A DNA stretch of 64,000 nt from the human T2T-CHM13v2.0 reference genome, Homo sapiens, in assembly GCF_009914755.1 (NCBI RefSeq), contig NC_060925.1, one strand, 5' to 3'. Position numbers and translations under genes: made by a program. A model generated the notes under the pieces. The model saw nothing but the letters and a program-made list of their open reading frames with translations, made no database searches and was not told the DNA's origin. Numbering within the stretch: the first letter of the stretch is position 1; each line of letters opens with the position of its first letter. Below are positions 12,133 through 29,559 of the stretch, one piece after another.

Positions 12133-14130
12133 CTATTGTAAATGGGATGTGTTCTTGATTTGGCTCTCAGCTTGAATGTAATTGATATATAGAAATTATA
12201 CTAATTTTTATACATTGATTTTGTTTCCTGAAAGTTACTAAAATCATTTATCAGGTGCAGCAGCCTTTTGGGAGAGTCTTTAGGGTTTTCTAGATATAAA
12301 ATCATATTGTCAGTGAAGAGAGATAATTTAACTTCTTTTCCTCTTTTGATGCTTTTTAATTTTTTCTTTTGCTTGGTCCATTCTATTCATAAATCTATTA
12401 ATTGTATTTTCAAATTTCTAAAGTGAGTTTTTCAATTCCAGTAGCTCAGATTAAATTCTTTTTAATATGTTTATAATCTTTGTTTCCTGGATTGTTTTGG
12501 AAGTTTCTTTGTGTTGATTTTCAATGTCGTCTTGGATCTTGTTGAGCTTCTTTGCAATACATATTTGGAATTCTTTACTTGTCATTTCTGAGTTTCCATT
12601 TTTGTTAGGGAACATTACTGGAGAGCTGCTATAATCCTTTCATGGTGTTACTACATTCAGATTTTCTGTGGTGCCGTGATTTTTATGTTGGTTTCTCCTC
12701 ATCTCCATATAATGGCACTTCTAATTTTTGTACTTATTTTCATGTGGGTAGGATTTTTTCTATCTTTTTCTTTCCGTATAATATTATTGTGTTTTTCTTT
12801 CCCTTTCCCTTCCTCCCCTTCCCTAGTGTGTGTGACTATAAATAATATTGAGTAGAATTTTTGGCTTCCCTTCTGTGGTCCAATGCACTTCTGTCAGCAG
12901 GTTTTATATTTGATTTTGTGGTCTGACTTACAAGCCAGTAGATGGCACTTATGGATAAGAGCCAGCTGAGGCCAATGTGACTGGGTATATACTTGATCCT
13001 TGTTTCCTGAAAGAAGCTCTCTGTTGCCTCTATAAATAGGCTAATCTGTGGGAGTGCACAGTTGTCTGAACTCCTTGGTCAGCCCGATGTCTGCACAGGA
13101 TGGATGGGGTGGCTCAGGCTGTTAATCCAGTCAAATGGCAGCTCTGACTGCCTGGATATCTGCCTGGGTGTGGAGCAAAGAAGGTCTGGCTGCACCACAG
13201 TGTCTGTGAAATAAGGATGAGACAGCTCATGCTGCCTATCTGGATGAGGAGACGCTCTGAAGGCCTGGAGATCTGCCTTAGTGTGAAACAGACAGGGCCC
13301 CCTGCACCTAGGTCTCTGAACAGGAAGGGTTGGTGGGTCCGACTGCCAATCTGGGTGAGTGGGCGCTTTGAATGCCTGCCTGGGTGTGGAGCAGAGAGTG
13401 GGCCTCTACACCACAATCACTGTCAAGAAAAGGTGGGGCAGCTCAGGCTGCCAAACAAGGCACATCAGTGCTTTTAGAGCACGTGTTTCAGAAGTCTCTG
13501 GCCCAAGACTAAAATGCTTGCATTGCCACATTGACAGGTCACCAAAGAATGATTGACTTCATGTGCCCCTGGATTAAGAATGGCATCCTTCTCTTGGCCT
13601 TGGGTCTGGGAAAATGCCAGAAGCTTTTCCGAGTGTCTCTCCCTCCCAGAGTCTCCAAGCCTCTCCCCATGTTAGCTCCAGGGCTTGGGAAAATCAAAGT
13701 GCTCTCCTTTAGCCTGAGTTGCTTGGATCCCCAGTGGAAAGGTGAGTTATGGAGGGAGGGATTCTCCTCCCTCTCCTGATGTGTCTTTTTTGGCCGCCTG
13801 AGCTGCCCCACCTTCTCTTGACAGTGATTGTGGTGTAGAGGCCCACTTTCTGCTCCACACCGAGGCACGCATTCCAAGCTCTCTCACATACTCAGACTTC
13901 ACTCACTTTTATTGGCTATACACTGTCACAGGGGCTGTTTGCCCACATTCTCCTCCTTGGGATCTGGTGTGACCATCATGATTTTGGTGTATTCCCATTT
14001 TCCTTTTGGAATTAAAGCTCAAAGAGTTGATTCTTGAGCTCTATTTTGCTCTTTTGTGGCATTTGGAAATAGCAAAACAGTCACAAAGATTTGATGAGAG
14101 GCTACAAACACCTAATCCACCATTTTGGGG
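10330..14130 (-). mobile_element. L1 (L1PA15/16-like) with large internal deletion
   Basis: 3'UTR at 10330; ORF2 C-terminal peptide (10894-11157, [12 protein letters not shown]); abrupt switch near 12376 to ORF1-start and repetitive 5'UTR sequence ending ccaccattttgg. Confidence 0.8.
12067..12132. repeat. Compound (TG)n/G-run/(TG)n/(AG)n microsatellite inside L1
   Basis: Direct inspection. Confidence 0.9.
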
Positions 14131-14324
14131 ATAAAAAAAAAAAGAAACTCAGTTTACTTTTTAATTTTTCATTCCTGGCATATTCTTGATGTTATCTGAA
14201 TAAATACAGATGATTCTTTGAATGCAGATTTCATAATTAAAATTGTTAATTAAATAATAATTAAAAGTGTTTTAATAATAAAAGTCCACAATTAAAATTA
14301 TTTTTATGCCATGTTTACTTATTA

Positions 14325-14930
14325 TTTATTAAACATGCATTGAATAATTGCAATATATCAAAGAGTTTTCTGTTAGTGTGAGATATAAAACTATAATGTT
14401 CCAGTCCTCAAAAGGGGAAGAAGGGAATAATCCCATAATGTGTGTATAGTAATGCTAACATCATCATAATTATATAGTATGTTAATACTTTAATATATTA
14501 CTGTTACATGAATTAAGTGTATATATATATATATATATATATATCTTCATATCATAGGTGAAATACAGATTGATTAACTTGATCGGGGATACTTCAAGAC
14601 AGGTTCCATAACAGTAATAAAAATTTCAGCTTGGTCTTGTAGTTTAGACATGGATTATCCAGTCTTAAAGGTGGCAGGATACTTTAAAAAGGAAAGAAGA
14701 ACATTTCAGTGTTTCAAAGCATCTCTCAAATGGGAAAAGAACATGGAAATGACTCTGATAAGTAGAGTGAAACCAAATCATGAGGCACCATTTATGTTAT
14801 GCTAATACTTTGGGCACTGAGGAGGGGTTTTAAACAAATGATTAGCATAGCCAAGTTTAATTTTAGAAAGTTCTCTTAATATTTGAATGCAGAGGATGAA
14901 TAATAGGGAAGTGATACTATTATGCTTCTT
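14325..14930 (-). mobile_element. L2 fragments interrupted by (TA)n
   Basis: tttattaaacatgcattgaataattg...ccagtcctcaaaag; gggcactgaggaggggttttaaacaaatga...ttttagaaag. Confidence 0.5.
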
Positions 14931-15057
14931 CCCCTTTTGAGAACTGGAACATTATAGTTCTATATTTCACTCTAACAGAAAACTCTTTCATATATTGCAA
15001 TTATTCAATGTATGTTTAACCCCCATTTATCTTAAGCCAATTCTAAATTTTCTTTTC

Positions 15058-15364
15058 TGCTTGGGCGTGGTGCCTCATGCCTATAATCCCCGCACTTCGG
15101 GAGACTGAGATAGGTGGATTGTTTGAGCTCAGGAGTTTTGAGACCAGCCTGGGAAACGTAACAAAACCCCATCTCTACAAAAAAAAATACAAAAATTAGC
15201 TTGGTGTGGTGGCACACACCTGTGGTCCCAGCTATTTGGGAGTCTGAGGTGGAAGGATTGCTCAAGCCTGGGAGTTCAAGGCTGCAGTGAGCTGTGATCA
15301 TGCTGCTGCACTAGAGCCTGGGCTACAGAGTGAGACCCCTTCTCAATAATAATAATAAATAAAT
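15058..15364 (+). mobile_element. AluJ SINE
   Basis: ggattgtttgagctcaggagt...ggaaggattgctcaagcctgggagttcaaggctgcagtgagctgtgatc. Confidence 0.92.
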
Positions 15365-16894
15365 ATTTTTTCCCTGTGGCATGTATCATTTTCTCAAATA
15401 TGTTGTAATTTATCTGTTTATTATTTCTTTTGACTCTCTCCTCTCAAATGCTAAATTACAAGCGGGCTGGGATCTTCACTGATATTTTGCAAGTACCTAG
15501 AAAAGTACCTGGTTTAGTGTGGGCAATCTCTTATTATTTGCTCTAAAAATATGCATTGTGTTACTTTGGAATATTAGCTATGATTTTTTAAGATTTATTT
15601 TATACCCAGTCCCTTGACAAATTCTCTTAATAATAATATACTTTTTTTTTGTCTGTTGTAAGATTTTCTAGGTGTGCAAGTGTATGATCACTGAATGGAC
15701 TTTTTTTTTGGTATGTGCCAATATCTGTACAAATGTCTTGTTTTTGACTTACTGCATTTAGTTGTACATCCTAAACAGAGATACACAAAATAACAATAGT
15801 CAATATTCTTGTAATTTTCTTGATTTGAAATAAAAAAGTAGATACCATAGAAAAGTTTTAAATTATGTTGAGGGACCTGGTGATTTTCAAGAAAAACAAA
15901 ATATTATTGTGTCAGAAGTAGAAAAAACTATGAATATGGTTAGATATTTTTCAATGTGTCATAATTGTGTCTCACATACTTTTCTGTATTTTCTCTATAT
16001 TCTTTAGTTTGAATATCTTCTATTAATTGTTTATTTATACCTGCATCTCGTTGGATCTCTAAATTTATCTCTTCATTTTCATGTTACATCCTAAATCTCT
16101 GCTTGTATCTCTGTTTTCCAGAAATGATCCTTATCTTAAACATTTTGCTCATGCCCAGGACACAGAAATGTTTCCCTCAAATAAGTGGATGTAGCTTTTT
16201 GACAGAATTTCCCCTCTCTGGAATTTTAGATTTGGTAGCCTTCCTTACTTCCAGAGATTTTGATACTCCTAAATAATGTTTGTGGTTTTTTTTTTCTTTT
16301 GTATTTTCCCTGGTTTTTTTCTAGTTGTTTATACAGGTGCATTGGTTTTCCCAAGGAGATAATTTTTAAAGCTATGAGCTTAGATGAAATCATTCAAGGA
16401 GTAAATACAGGTAGAAAAAGATAGCATTACCTGGAACTAAAAAGAAAAGTACTTTACAGTGAGAATCATGTACTGTAATGGGAAAACAGAGAAGTATGTA
16501 TTGTATAGTTACACATAATTGAAAGGTTGCTGGCAAAGGATGAGAAAGTTTTCTGCTAATGTATTTTCTCTATGAAATACATAGCAAGGTTATTGATATT
16601 TGAAATGGGGGGAACTCTTGAAAGTTTTTGAAGAGAGTACAAACTAAAAAATAGTTACATATGAGAGTAGAGAGTAAATGGTTTAGTAAAATATAGTAAG
16701 ATATCTTCTGACACTAAGGGTTCATATGAGGTGCTCAGTCTTGAGTGCAACATTAAATTAGTCAATATATGTTGTTTTTACTAGTTACACTTTGAGAGTG
16801 TAATTAAATATTTAAATCAAATTTGAACCACCTTTGCATTCCTGGAATAAAATCCACTCATTTTTTGTGACAAAAAATAATTTTCATTGTTATC

Positions 16895-17310
16895 TAGTCT
16901 CCATTTCTTTCTTTTCAGTAATGGAACCCATAGAGTTAAAACTGTGAAATTGGCCATCTGGCCAAACACTACATTTATTTAATCCTTCCTTCAGCTAACT
17001 GTGTTTTTAGGACAGAATACAGGCTAATGGACAATGAGTAGAATGGTATGTTCAATTTTTAGTTGATTTCATTAAAAAACAAGCTTCTTGTCCTAGTTTT
17101 CTCTTTTCCTGTCCCACTGGCTACAAATAATATCTGGTAAGCTCCACAAGCTATGTGTTATGGAGGGCATAGGTGTCCTGCTTGTCTATTTCACTAAAGG
17201 ACCTACATGAGCTGCACAATTTAATATAAGAAAAGTACACATTTATTGCTGTTGAGCTGCTATATTTGGGGTGTCCTATTAAGAAGCGCATCTTCTTAGT
17301 TAAAACAATA
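16895..17310 (+). mobile_element. Degenerate MLT1-type LTR
   Basis: aacactacattt...ccttcagctaactgtg...tgttgagctgctatatttggggtgtc. Confidence 0.45.
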
Positions 17311-18511
17311 GAATATTATGATTATAAATTACTTGCTAATACTTAACTAAAATATTTGTATTTATAGGCATAAGCAAAATATAGCCATTTTTCTCATTTA
17401 GTATTATTATCAGTCATTCTACTGACTATATATATTGGTTTTTCAAAATTGAAAATATTGAATGGAGAGTTATGCATATTTTGCTGTTCTGGATCATTGA
17501 AATAATGTTGAATTATCTATTCTTTACCAGATCATATGAACTCAGCTATGTAAGTATCTATTCAAAATGTCTATTTTAAAATATTGACTTTGGCTATATG
17601 CATTTCCAAATCTAATTACCAATTTAAGGATACTGGTTTGTCTTGGGTCAAATTTGGTTACTTATATTTTACTAAGGCATGAATTTCCTATAGTTTTTCA
17701 AATTTATTACCACAATATTTGATGTCTTTCTTATTAAAATTGTCTTAATATTTCTCATTATATTTTTGGTCCTCTCTCTCTTTAAGCTTGTTGATCCAAT
17801 CATTCAAAAGATCAAATTTTGAATATTTTCCCCATTTTGATTTTATCCATACCAGATATTTACCTCTTGTTTCCTTTTAAAATTTATCTCATTGTCTTTT
17901 CTGGTTTCTAAATAATTCTCTTATATTTTTCTAAATTTTGAGCAAAATAAACTTTCTTACACATTTATCATGTGCCAATACTTCTGTGTCTTGAGCTAAT
18001 TTTTGTCTCTCTTTTACCTGGTAATCTTTATATGTTCTGTTATCAATATTACATATATTGGTAACAACTAAGTTATCAATTTAAAGACAAAATTTAATCT
18101 AGATCTAGGACCATAATAACCAATGCCTTTGAAACTGGTAAATCTAGACATATTTTTGTAAGTGGATTTAGATATAAACTTGGTAGATTATAATCAAATA
18201 TTTTTATTATTCAGTTAGATATTGTTTCCATTTGCAAGCAAGAAAACTAAAATTCAGTAATATTTACATAGCTATATTGATGAGACATGCAGATGTCTAT
18301 TGATGTAATTTTACAGACGAGAAGCATGTAAATATCCATTGAAGAAAACAAAAGGTTTATAGTGTATTAACATACAATCTAATTTGAATGATTGCTTGTA
18401 TCAAAGTAGCTCTCATGCCACATAAATATTTACATCTACTATGTACCCATAAAAATGAAAAATAACAGATTTTTAAAGTATGGAAATACATTTTAAAAAT
18501 TAGTCAGAGCA

Positions 18512-18872
<361 letters not shown>

Positions 18873-19079
18873 GATACTTTAAGTTCTGGGGTACATGTGC
18901 AGAATGTGCAGGTTTGTTACCTAGGTATACACATGCCATGGTGGTTTGTTGCAACCATCAACCCTTCGTCTACATTAGGTATTCCTCCTAATACTTTCCC
19001 TCTCCCAGCTCCCCACCCCTCAACAGGCCCCAGTGTGTGATGTTCCTCTCCCTGTGTCCATGTGTTCTCATTGTTCAAT

Positions 19080-22780
<3,701 letters not shown>

Positions 22781-22879
22781 TTTTGCCCATTAGTTGATGC
22801 AGTTTTTTCATAGTGTCAATGGTCTTTACAATTTGGTATGTTTTTGCAGTGGCTGGTGCCAGTTGTTCCTTTCCATGTT

Positions 22880-23880
22880 TAGTGCTTCCTTCAGGAGCTC
22901 TTATAAGGCAGGCTTGGTGGTGACAATTCTCTCAGCATTTGCTTTTCTATAAAGGATTTTATTTCTCCTTCACTTATGAAGCTTAGTTTGGTTGGATATG
23001 AAATTCTGGGTTGAAAATTCTTTTCTTTAAGAATGTTAAATATTGGCCTCCACTCTCCTCCGGCTTTTAGAGTTTCTGCCGAGAGATCCACTGTTAGTCT
23101 GATGGGCTTCCCTTTGTGGGTAACCCGACCTTTCTCTCTGGCTGCCCTTAACATTTTTTCCTTCATTTCAACCTTGGTGAATCTGACAATTATCTGTCTT
23201 GTGGTTGCTCTTTTCAAGGAGTATCTTTGTGGTGTTCTCGGTATTTCCTGAATTTGAATGTTGGCCTGCCTTGCTAGGTTTGGGAAGTTCTCCTGGATAA
23301 TATCGTGAAGAGTGTTTTCCAACTTGGTTCCATTCTCTGCATCACTCTCAGGTACACCAATCAAACATATATTTGGTCTTTTCACATAGTCCCATATTTC
23401 TTGGGAGGCTTCGTTCATTTCTTTTCACTCTTTTTTCTCTAATCTTGTTTTCTCATTTTATTTCATTGAGTGGTCTTCAATCTCTGATATCCTTTCTTCT
23501 GCTTGATCAATTCGGCTATTGATACTTGTGTATGCTTCACGAAGTTCTCGTGCTGTGTTTTTCTGCTTCATCAGGTCATTTATGTTCTTCTCTAAATTGA
23601 TTATTCTAGTTAGCAATTCGGCTAACCTATTCTCAAGGCTCTTAGCTTCCTTGCATTGGTTAGAACATGCTCCTTTAGCTTGGAGGAGTTTGTTATTACC
23701 CACCTTCTGAAGCCTACTTCTGTCAATTGGTCAAACTCATTCTCCATTCAGTTTTGTCCCCTTGCTGGTGAGGAGTTGTGATCCTTTGGAGGAGAAAAGG
23801 CATTCTGGCTTTTAGAATTTTCAGCATTTTTGCACTGGTTTCATCCCATCTTCATGGATTTATCTACTTTTGTCTTCGAT
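22880..23880 (-). pseudogene. L1 ORF1p, frameshifted
   Basis: EIWDYVKRPN..IGVPE..IIQENFPNLARQ..KNFQPRISYP in ORF track 22891-23418; coiled-coil piece 23458-23703. Confidence 0.92.
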
Positions 23881-25514
23881 GTTGGTGGCCTTTGGATGGG
23901 GTCTCTGAGTGGATGTCCTTTTTGTTTATGTTGATACTATTCCTTTCTGTTTGTTAGTTTTCGTTCTAACAGTCAGGGCCCTCTGCTGCAGGTCTGCTGG
24001 ATTTCGCTGGAGATCCACTCTAGACCCTGTTTGCCTGGGTATCACCAGCAGAAGCTGCAGAACAGCAAAGAATGTTGCCTATTTCTTCCAATGGAAGCTT
24101 CATTCCAGAGGGCCACCCGCCAGATGCCAGCCAGAGCTCTCCTGTATGAGATGTCTGTCGGCCCTTACTGGGAGATGTCTCTTAGTCGGAATACATGGGG
24201 GTCATGGACCCACTTGAGGAGGCAGTCTGTCCCTTATCAGAGCTGTGCTAAGAGATCTGCTGCTCTCTTCAGAGTTGTCAGGCAGGGATGTTTAAGTCTG
24301 CTGAAGCTGGGCCGCAGCCACCCCTTCCCCCAAGTGCTGTGTCCCAGGGAGATGGGGTTTGATCTATACTTCCCTGACTGAGGCTGCTTCCTTTTTTTTT
24401 CAGAGATGCCCTGCCCAGAGAGGAGGAATCTAGAGAGGCTGTCTGGCCACAGCGGCCTTGCTCAGCTGCAGTGGGCTCCAGCCACTTCAAACTTCCTGGC
24501 AGCTTTATTTATACTGTGAGGGTAAAACCACCTACTCAAGCCTCAACAATGGTGAATCCCCCATCTCCCTACCAAGCTTTAGCGTCCCAGGTTGACCTCA
24601 GACTGATGTGCTGGCAGCAAGAATTTCAAGCCATTGTATCTTAGCTTGTTGGGCTCCATGGGGGTGGGACCTACTGAGCCAGACCACTTGGCTCCCTGGC
24701 TTCAGTCCCCTTTCCAGGGGAGTGAATGGTTCTGTCTTGCTGGCATTCCAGGTGCCACTGGGGTATGAAAACAAACAAACAAATAAACAAACTCCTGCAG
24801 CTAGCTCAGTGTCTGACCAAACGTCTGCCCAGTTTTGTGCTTGAAACCCAGGGCCCTGGTAGTGTAGGCACCGGAGGGAATCTCCTGGACTGCTGGTTGT
24901 GAAGACCATGGGAAAAGTGCAGTATCTGTGTTGGAGTGCACCGTTCCTCCCAGTACAGTCTCTCACGGCTTCCCTTGTCTAGGGGAGGGAAATCTCCCTA
25001 CCCCTTGTGATTCCTGGGTGAGGTGACACCCCACCGTGCTTTGACTTCCCCTCCATAGGCTGCATCCATTATCCAGCCAGTCCCAAAGAGATGATTTGGG
25101 TACCTTAGTTGTAAATGCAGAAATCACCTGCCTTCTGCATCAGTCTCTTTGGGAGCTGCAGACCCGAGCTGTTCCTATTAGGCCAGCCCATTGGGTACAT
25201 TGTTGAAGTATAACTTTTCTGATCAAACACAATCATTTGTAAATACAAGTCCTATATCATAAAACTGAATAAATAGGAGATTTAAAAATTATAGATTTCA
25301 AAAAATAATAATGAGTCTTTTAGATAGATCAAATCAAAGAGAGGAAAACAATTTGGGAAAAATCATGATAGAAGTATAGTATTTGAAATAATTTCCAAAA
25401 ATCAATTCATGATAAAAATTTTAAACTATTAATTGGATATGAATATAAGTACATATAATTAAATTAACATTTTAATAAATATGAAAATTAACTTCTATAA
25501 GTTGAGTTAAAAGC

Positions 25515-25717
25515 TGGCTTGCCCCTTCTGTAATGTGAGGACCTAGTGAGAAGATACTCATGTGTGAACCAGGAAGCACGCCCTCACCAAACACCAAACC
25601 TGCTGAAACCTTGTTCTTGGACTCCCTAGCCTCAAGAACTATGAGATGTAAGTTTCTGTTTATAAGCCACCCAGTCTGTGGTATTTTTGCTATAGCAGTC
25701 CACATGGACGAAGACAC
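25515..25717 (+). mobile_element. MLT1A/MST-type LTR, 3' part
   Basis: gccctcaccaaacaccaaacctgctg...cttggactccctagcctc...tataagccacccagtctgtggtattt. Confidence 0.8.
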
Positions 25718-25779
25718 TCTATCCAGATACAGGGTTCCAAGAATGCCTAGGAAATAGGTATGAAATTTTATTATCACAG

Positions 25780-26300
25780 GGGCTTATGCTAACCAGCTTC
25801 AAAACGACTCCCAGTAATTCTTGCTTGCTTTTTGGTATCCAATACATTCACACATTCCACTCCGCTCATGTGTGGGCCAGACCTAGTGACTTGCTTTTAA
25901 AAATAAAATATGACAAAAGTGTCACTTCACTTCTGAAACATGTCTATAAAAAACTGTACCTCTGTTTGCTCACACTTTCTATATCACACTGTTTGTATGG
26001 TGAGATCCACATCACAAGGAACTTAGGGTGGCCTCTGGTCAACAGCCAGTGAGGAATTGTGTCCTTAATTACAATAACCCTTGAGGAATAACAACCATAT
26101 GAGCAAGCTTACTGTGCCTTTTAATGAGATCATAGCCCAGCCAATGTTATATTTGTATCCTTGTGAGAAACCTTAAAACAGAGTACCCAGCTAAATCGTG
26201 TCTGGATTCCTAACCATTGAAATTGGGAGATAATAAATGGATTTTTTAAGCCTCTATGTTTTGGGTACATTTGTTATGCCAAAGTAGATAACAAAAACAA
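25780..26300 (+). mobile_element. MLT1F-like LTR
   Basis: gacctagtgacttgc...tggtcaacagccagtgaggaa...cagctaaatcgtgtctggattcctaacc...gtagataac. Confidence 0.7.
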
Positions 26301-26984
26301 TTCTCCTTTAACTTTGGTTTCTCCATTAAACCCAGGAAAATCTATAAAAAAGCATAGGTCTGAAGCTGAGACTGAGTTTAAATCTGGAGGAACATATTTC
26401 AGTAGATCCCATTCTTCTCTTTTGCTATAATTCAGTATATATTTTTTCTTAGGCTGAAGCTTCATACAAAATTAAGTTATGTTATTTACCAGTGTCTAGT
26501 GGTCTTAGATACAGAACTAGCAAATGTCAAAGAGACTCATTCAGTACATGCTTTCTCTAAATTCTAAACAGGCTATTAGCTTTTGTCATACCATGATGAT
26601 TCATTTGCTCTCTGGTTAAAACAAACAGGTTATTTCTAAAGAACCATTAACTCTTTACTATATATGGAATACAGACAGCTCTAATTGTTTCTATTTTTAA
26701 AATAATAATTTGATGGAATAAATTATGTGTTTGAATTTCTAATATTGAGAGGCTATCCCTTCTAGAAAATCTCAGTTTGACCATGAAATACTCATCTACT
26801 TAACTCAATTAAACTCAAAAATATACAATTGTTTATAAGGAGATCTGTTCTCACTATGATGAAAAGCATTTGACATGCAAAAATAGTCCAAACAACTTCA
26901 GTAAAGTAAAATATTTTTAAGTTAAGTACTTGTGTATTTTATACTCACCATAATCCTTAAATTGCTAAGAACTTTTAAGTAAAG

Positions 26985-27266
26985 TGGGAGTGGTGACTTA
27001 CACCTTAATCCCAGCACTTTGGGAGGCCAAGGCCGGCGGATTGCTTGAGCCCAGGAGTCTCAATCTGGCTGAGATCAGATCTAGCTCAATCTCAGTCTGA
27101 GATCAGTCTGAGCTATATGGCCAAACCACATCTCCACCAAAAATCCACAAATTTAGGTGGGCATGTTATCACGTGCTTAGGAGTTGGAGGCTGCAGTGAG
27201 CCCTGATCTTGCCACCCCACTCCAGCCTGAGTTACAGAGCAAGACCCCGACTCAAAAGAAGTAATA
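26985..27266 (+). mobile_element. Rearranged AluJ (internal insertion and right-arm deletion)
   Basis: Left monomer to ggattgcttgagcccaggagt, ~40-bp foreign insert, shortened right monomer ending cagagcaagaccccgactcaaaa. Confidence 0.85.
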
Positions 27267-28194
27267 AGTGGATTTGAGACTTACATTTTTATTGAGATTT
27301 TTGTGTACTTTTTAATACCTATTAGACTATTTATGTAGTTGAAAGTAATTCAGCTGCTGGGGGATCTGCTGATTTCTCCAATGAGTAAGGAAAGATATGA
27401 AACTGTATTTTTGAAGGTAGTCATAGGAGAAAAATACAGCATTATTGAAAGTACTCTATTGAGTTCAACATAGTGATATAGATGGAAAGGTGGATGGATG
27501 AGTGGACAGAAGGCTAGAGACAGATAAATGAAAAGATATAAAAAACAGAGGGGTGTATTTTACATAATCTCCTGTATCATTTATTCTTCCTTCCCACAGG
27601 ATTTCTCTTCTGACTGAATTTTCGTTTCATGCATGTACATCTTTAATGATTTTTCTTAGAGAAAGTATGTAAATAGTTATATTCTGGGTCCTGGAATGTT
27701 CAGATTGTTTTCCTTTTATTTGGATGTTTTCATTTTTATATATCTTGATTGAGGTATAATTTACATACCATAAAATTCACTCATTGAAAATCAATGACTT
27801 TTAGCAAATTTATAGATTTACAAAATAATCTCCATAATCCAGTTTTAGAAGATTTACATCACACAAAAAAGTTCATTTCTGTGCCTTCGTAGTCAGTTCC
27901 TTTTTCTATCCTCAACCAGATGCAACCCCTAATCTGCTTTTTGTTTATATAAATCTGCCTTTCTGGACATTTTACAGAAATGTATCATATGAGAGTCCTT
28001 TGCACCTGGCCTCTTTCACTTAATGTTTCTGAGATTCATTCATATAACACAATGTATGCATAATATATTCTTTTTATTGCCTAATAATACACCATCGTTA
28101 AGTTACACCATGTTTTGTTCATCCACTTACCAGTTAATGAAAATTTGGATAATGTCTTGTTTGGAGCTGTAAGAAACAGTACTATTTTGGATAC

Positions 28195-28741
28195 CGTGAT
28201 GGTTAATACTAAGTGTCAACTTGATTGGATCAAAAGATTCAAAGTACTGTTCCTAGGTGTGTCTGTGAGATATTTCCAAAGAGATTAACATTTGAGTCAG
28301 TGGACTGAGAGAGGCAGACTCACCCTGAATTTGGATGGGCACCATCTAATCAGCTGTCAGCATGGCTAGAATAAAGCAAGCAGGAGAAGATGGAATAGCA
28401 GACTTGCTGAGTCTTCTGGCTTTCATATTTCTCCCATCAAATGCCTCCTGCCCTCAAACATCAGACCCCAAGTTCTTCAGCTTTTGGGCTCTTGTACTTA
28501 CACCAACAGGGGCTCTCGGTCCTTTGGTCACAGACTGAAGGCTGCACTGTCGGCTTCAGTACTTATGAGGTTTCGGGATTCAGTCTGAGCCACTACAGGC
28601 TTCCTTGCTCCTCAACTTACAAGCAGCCTATCATGGGACTTTACCTTGTGGTCGTGTGAGTCAATCCTCCTTAATAAACTCCCTTTTATATACATATACA
28701 TCTTATTAGTTCTGTCCCTCTAGAGAACCCTGACTAATACA
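28195..28741 (+). mobile_element. MLT2A (HERV-L) solo LTR
   Basis: gtgatggttaatactaagtgtcaacttgattgg...ttaataaactcccc...ctagagaaccctgactaataca. Confidence 0.9.
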
Positions 28742-29123
28742 AACACTGACATGCAAGAATGTTCTATGGACATATATTTTTATTTCTCTTGTGGAAATAC
28801 CAAAAATGGAATAAAGGGGCATTTACTAAGGGTTATATGGTATATTTATGTTTAATTTTTTTGGAACAATGTGAAACTCTTTTTAAGATGATTGAATCAC
28901 TGAATATTCCCAAAAGCAGAGTGAAAGTTGTAGTTTCTCCACATTATTCACACTTATTATAATTTATCTTTTGTATAAACATATGAGAACGGATATCTTG
29001 TGTCTCATTCTCATGGGTATATAATGCTAACTCATTATAGTTCGAATTTGCATTTTCTTAATGATTAATGATTTTGAGCATCTTCTCATGTACTTATTAA
29101 AACGGAGATATCTTCTCCAGTGA

Positions 29124-29478
<355 letters not shown>

Positions 29479-29559
29479 ATCCTTTGCCCCTTTTAAAAAC
29501 TGGATTCTTTGTCTCACAGGTTTCTGAAATACTGTTAATTTTTCTTAATGTATATTATC

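Noticed and set aside
13100-13470. Repeating ~110-bp units containing tgcctgggtgtggagca as a CRISPR-like array
   Set aside because: Consistent with the tandem monomers of older L1 5'UTRs; eukaryotic context and no unique spacers.
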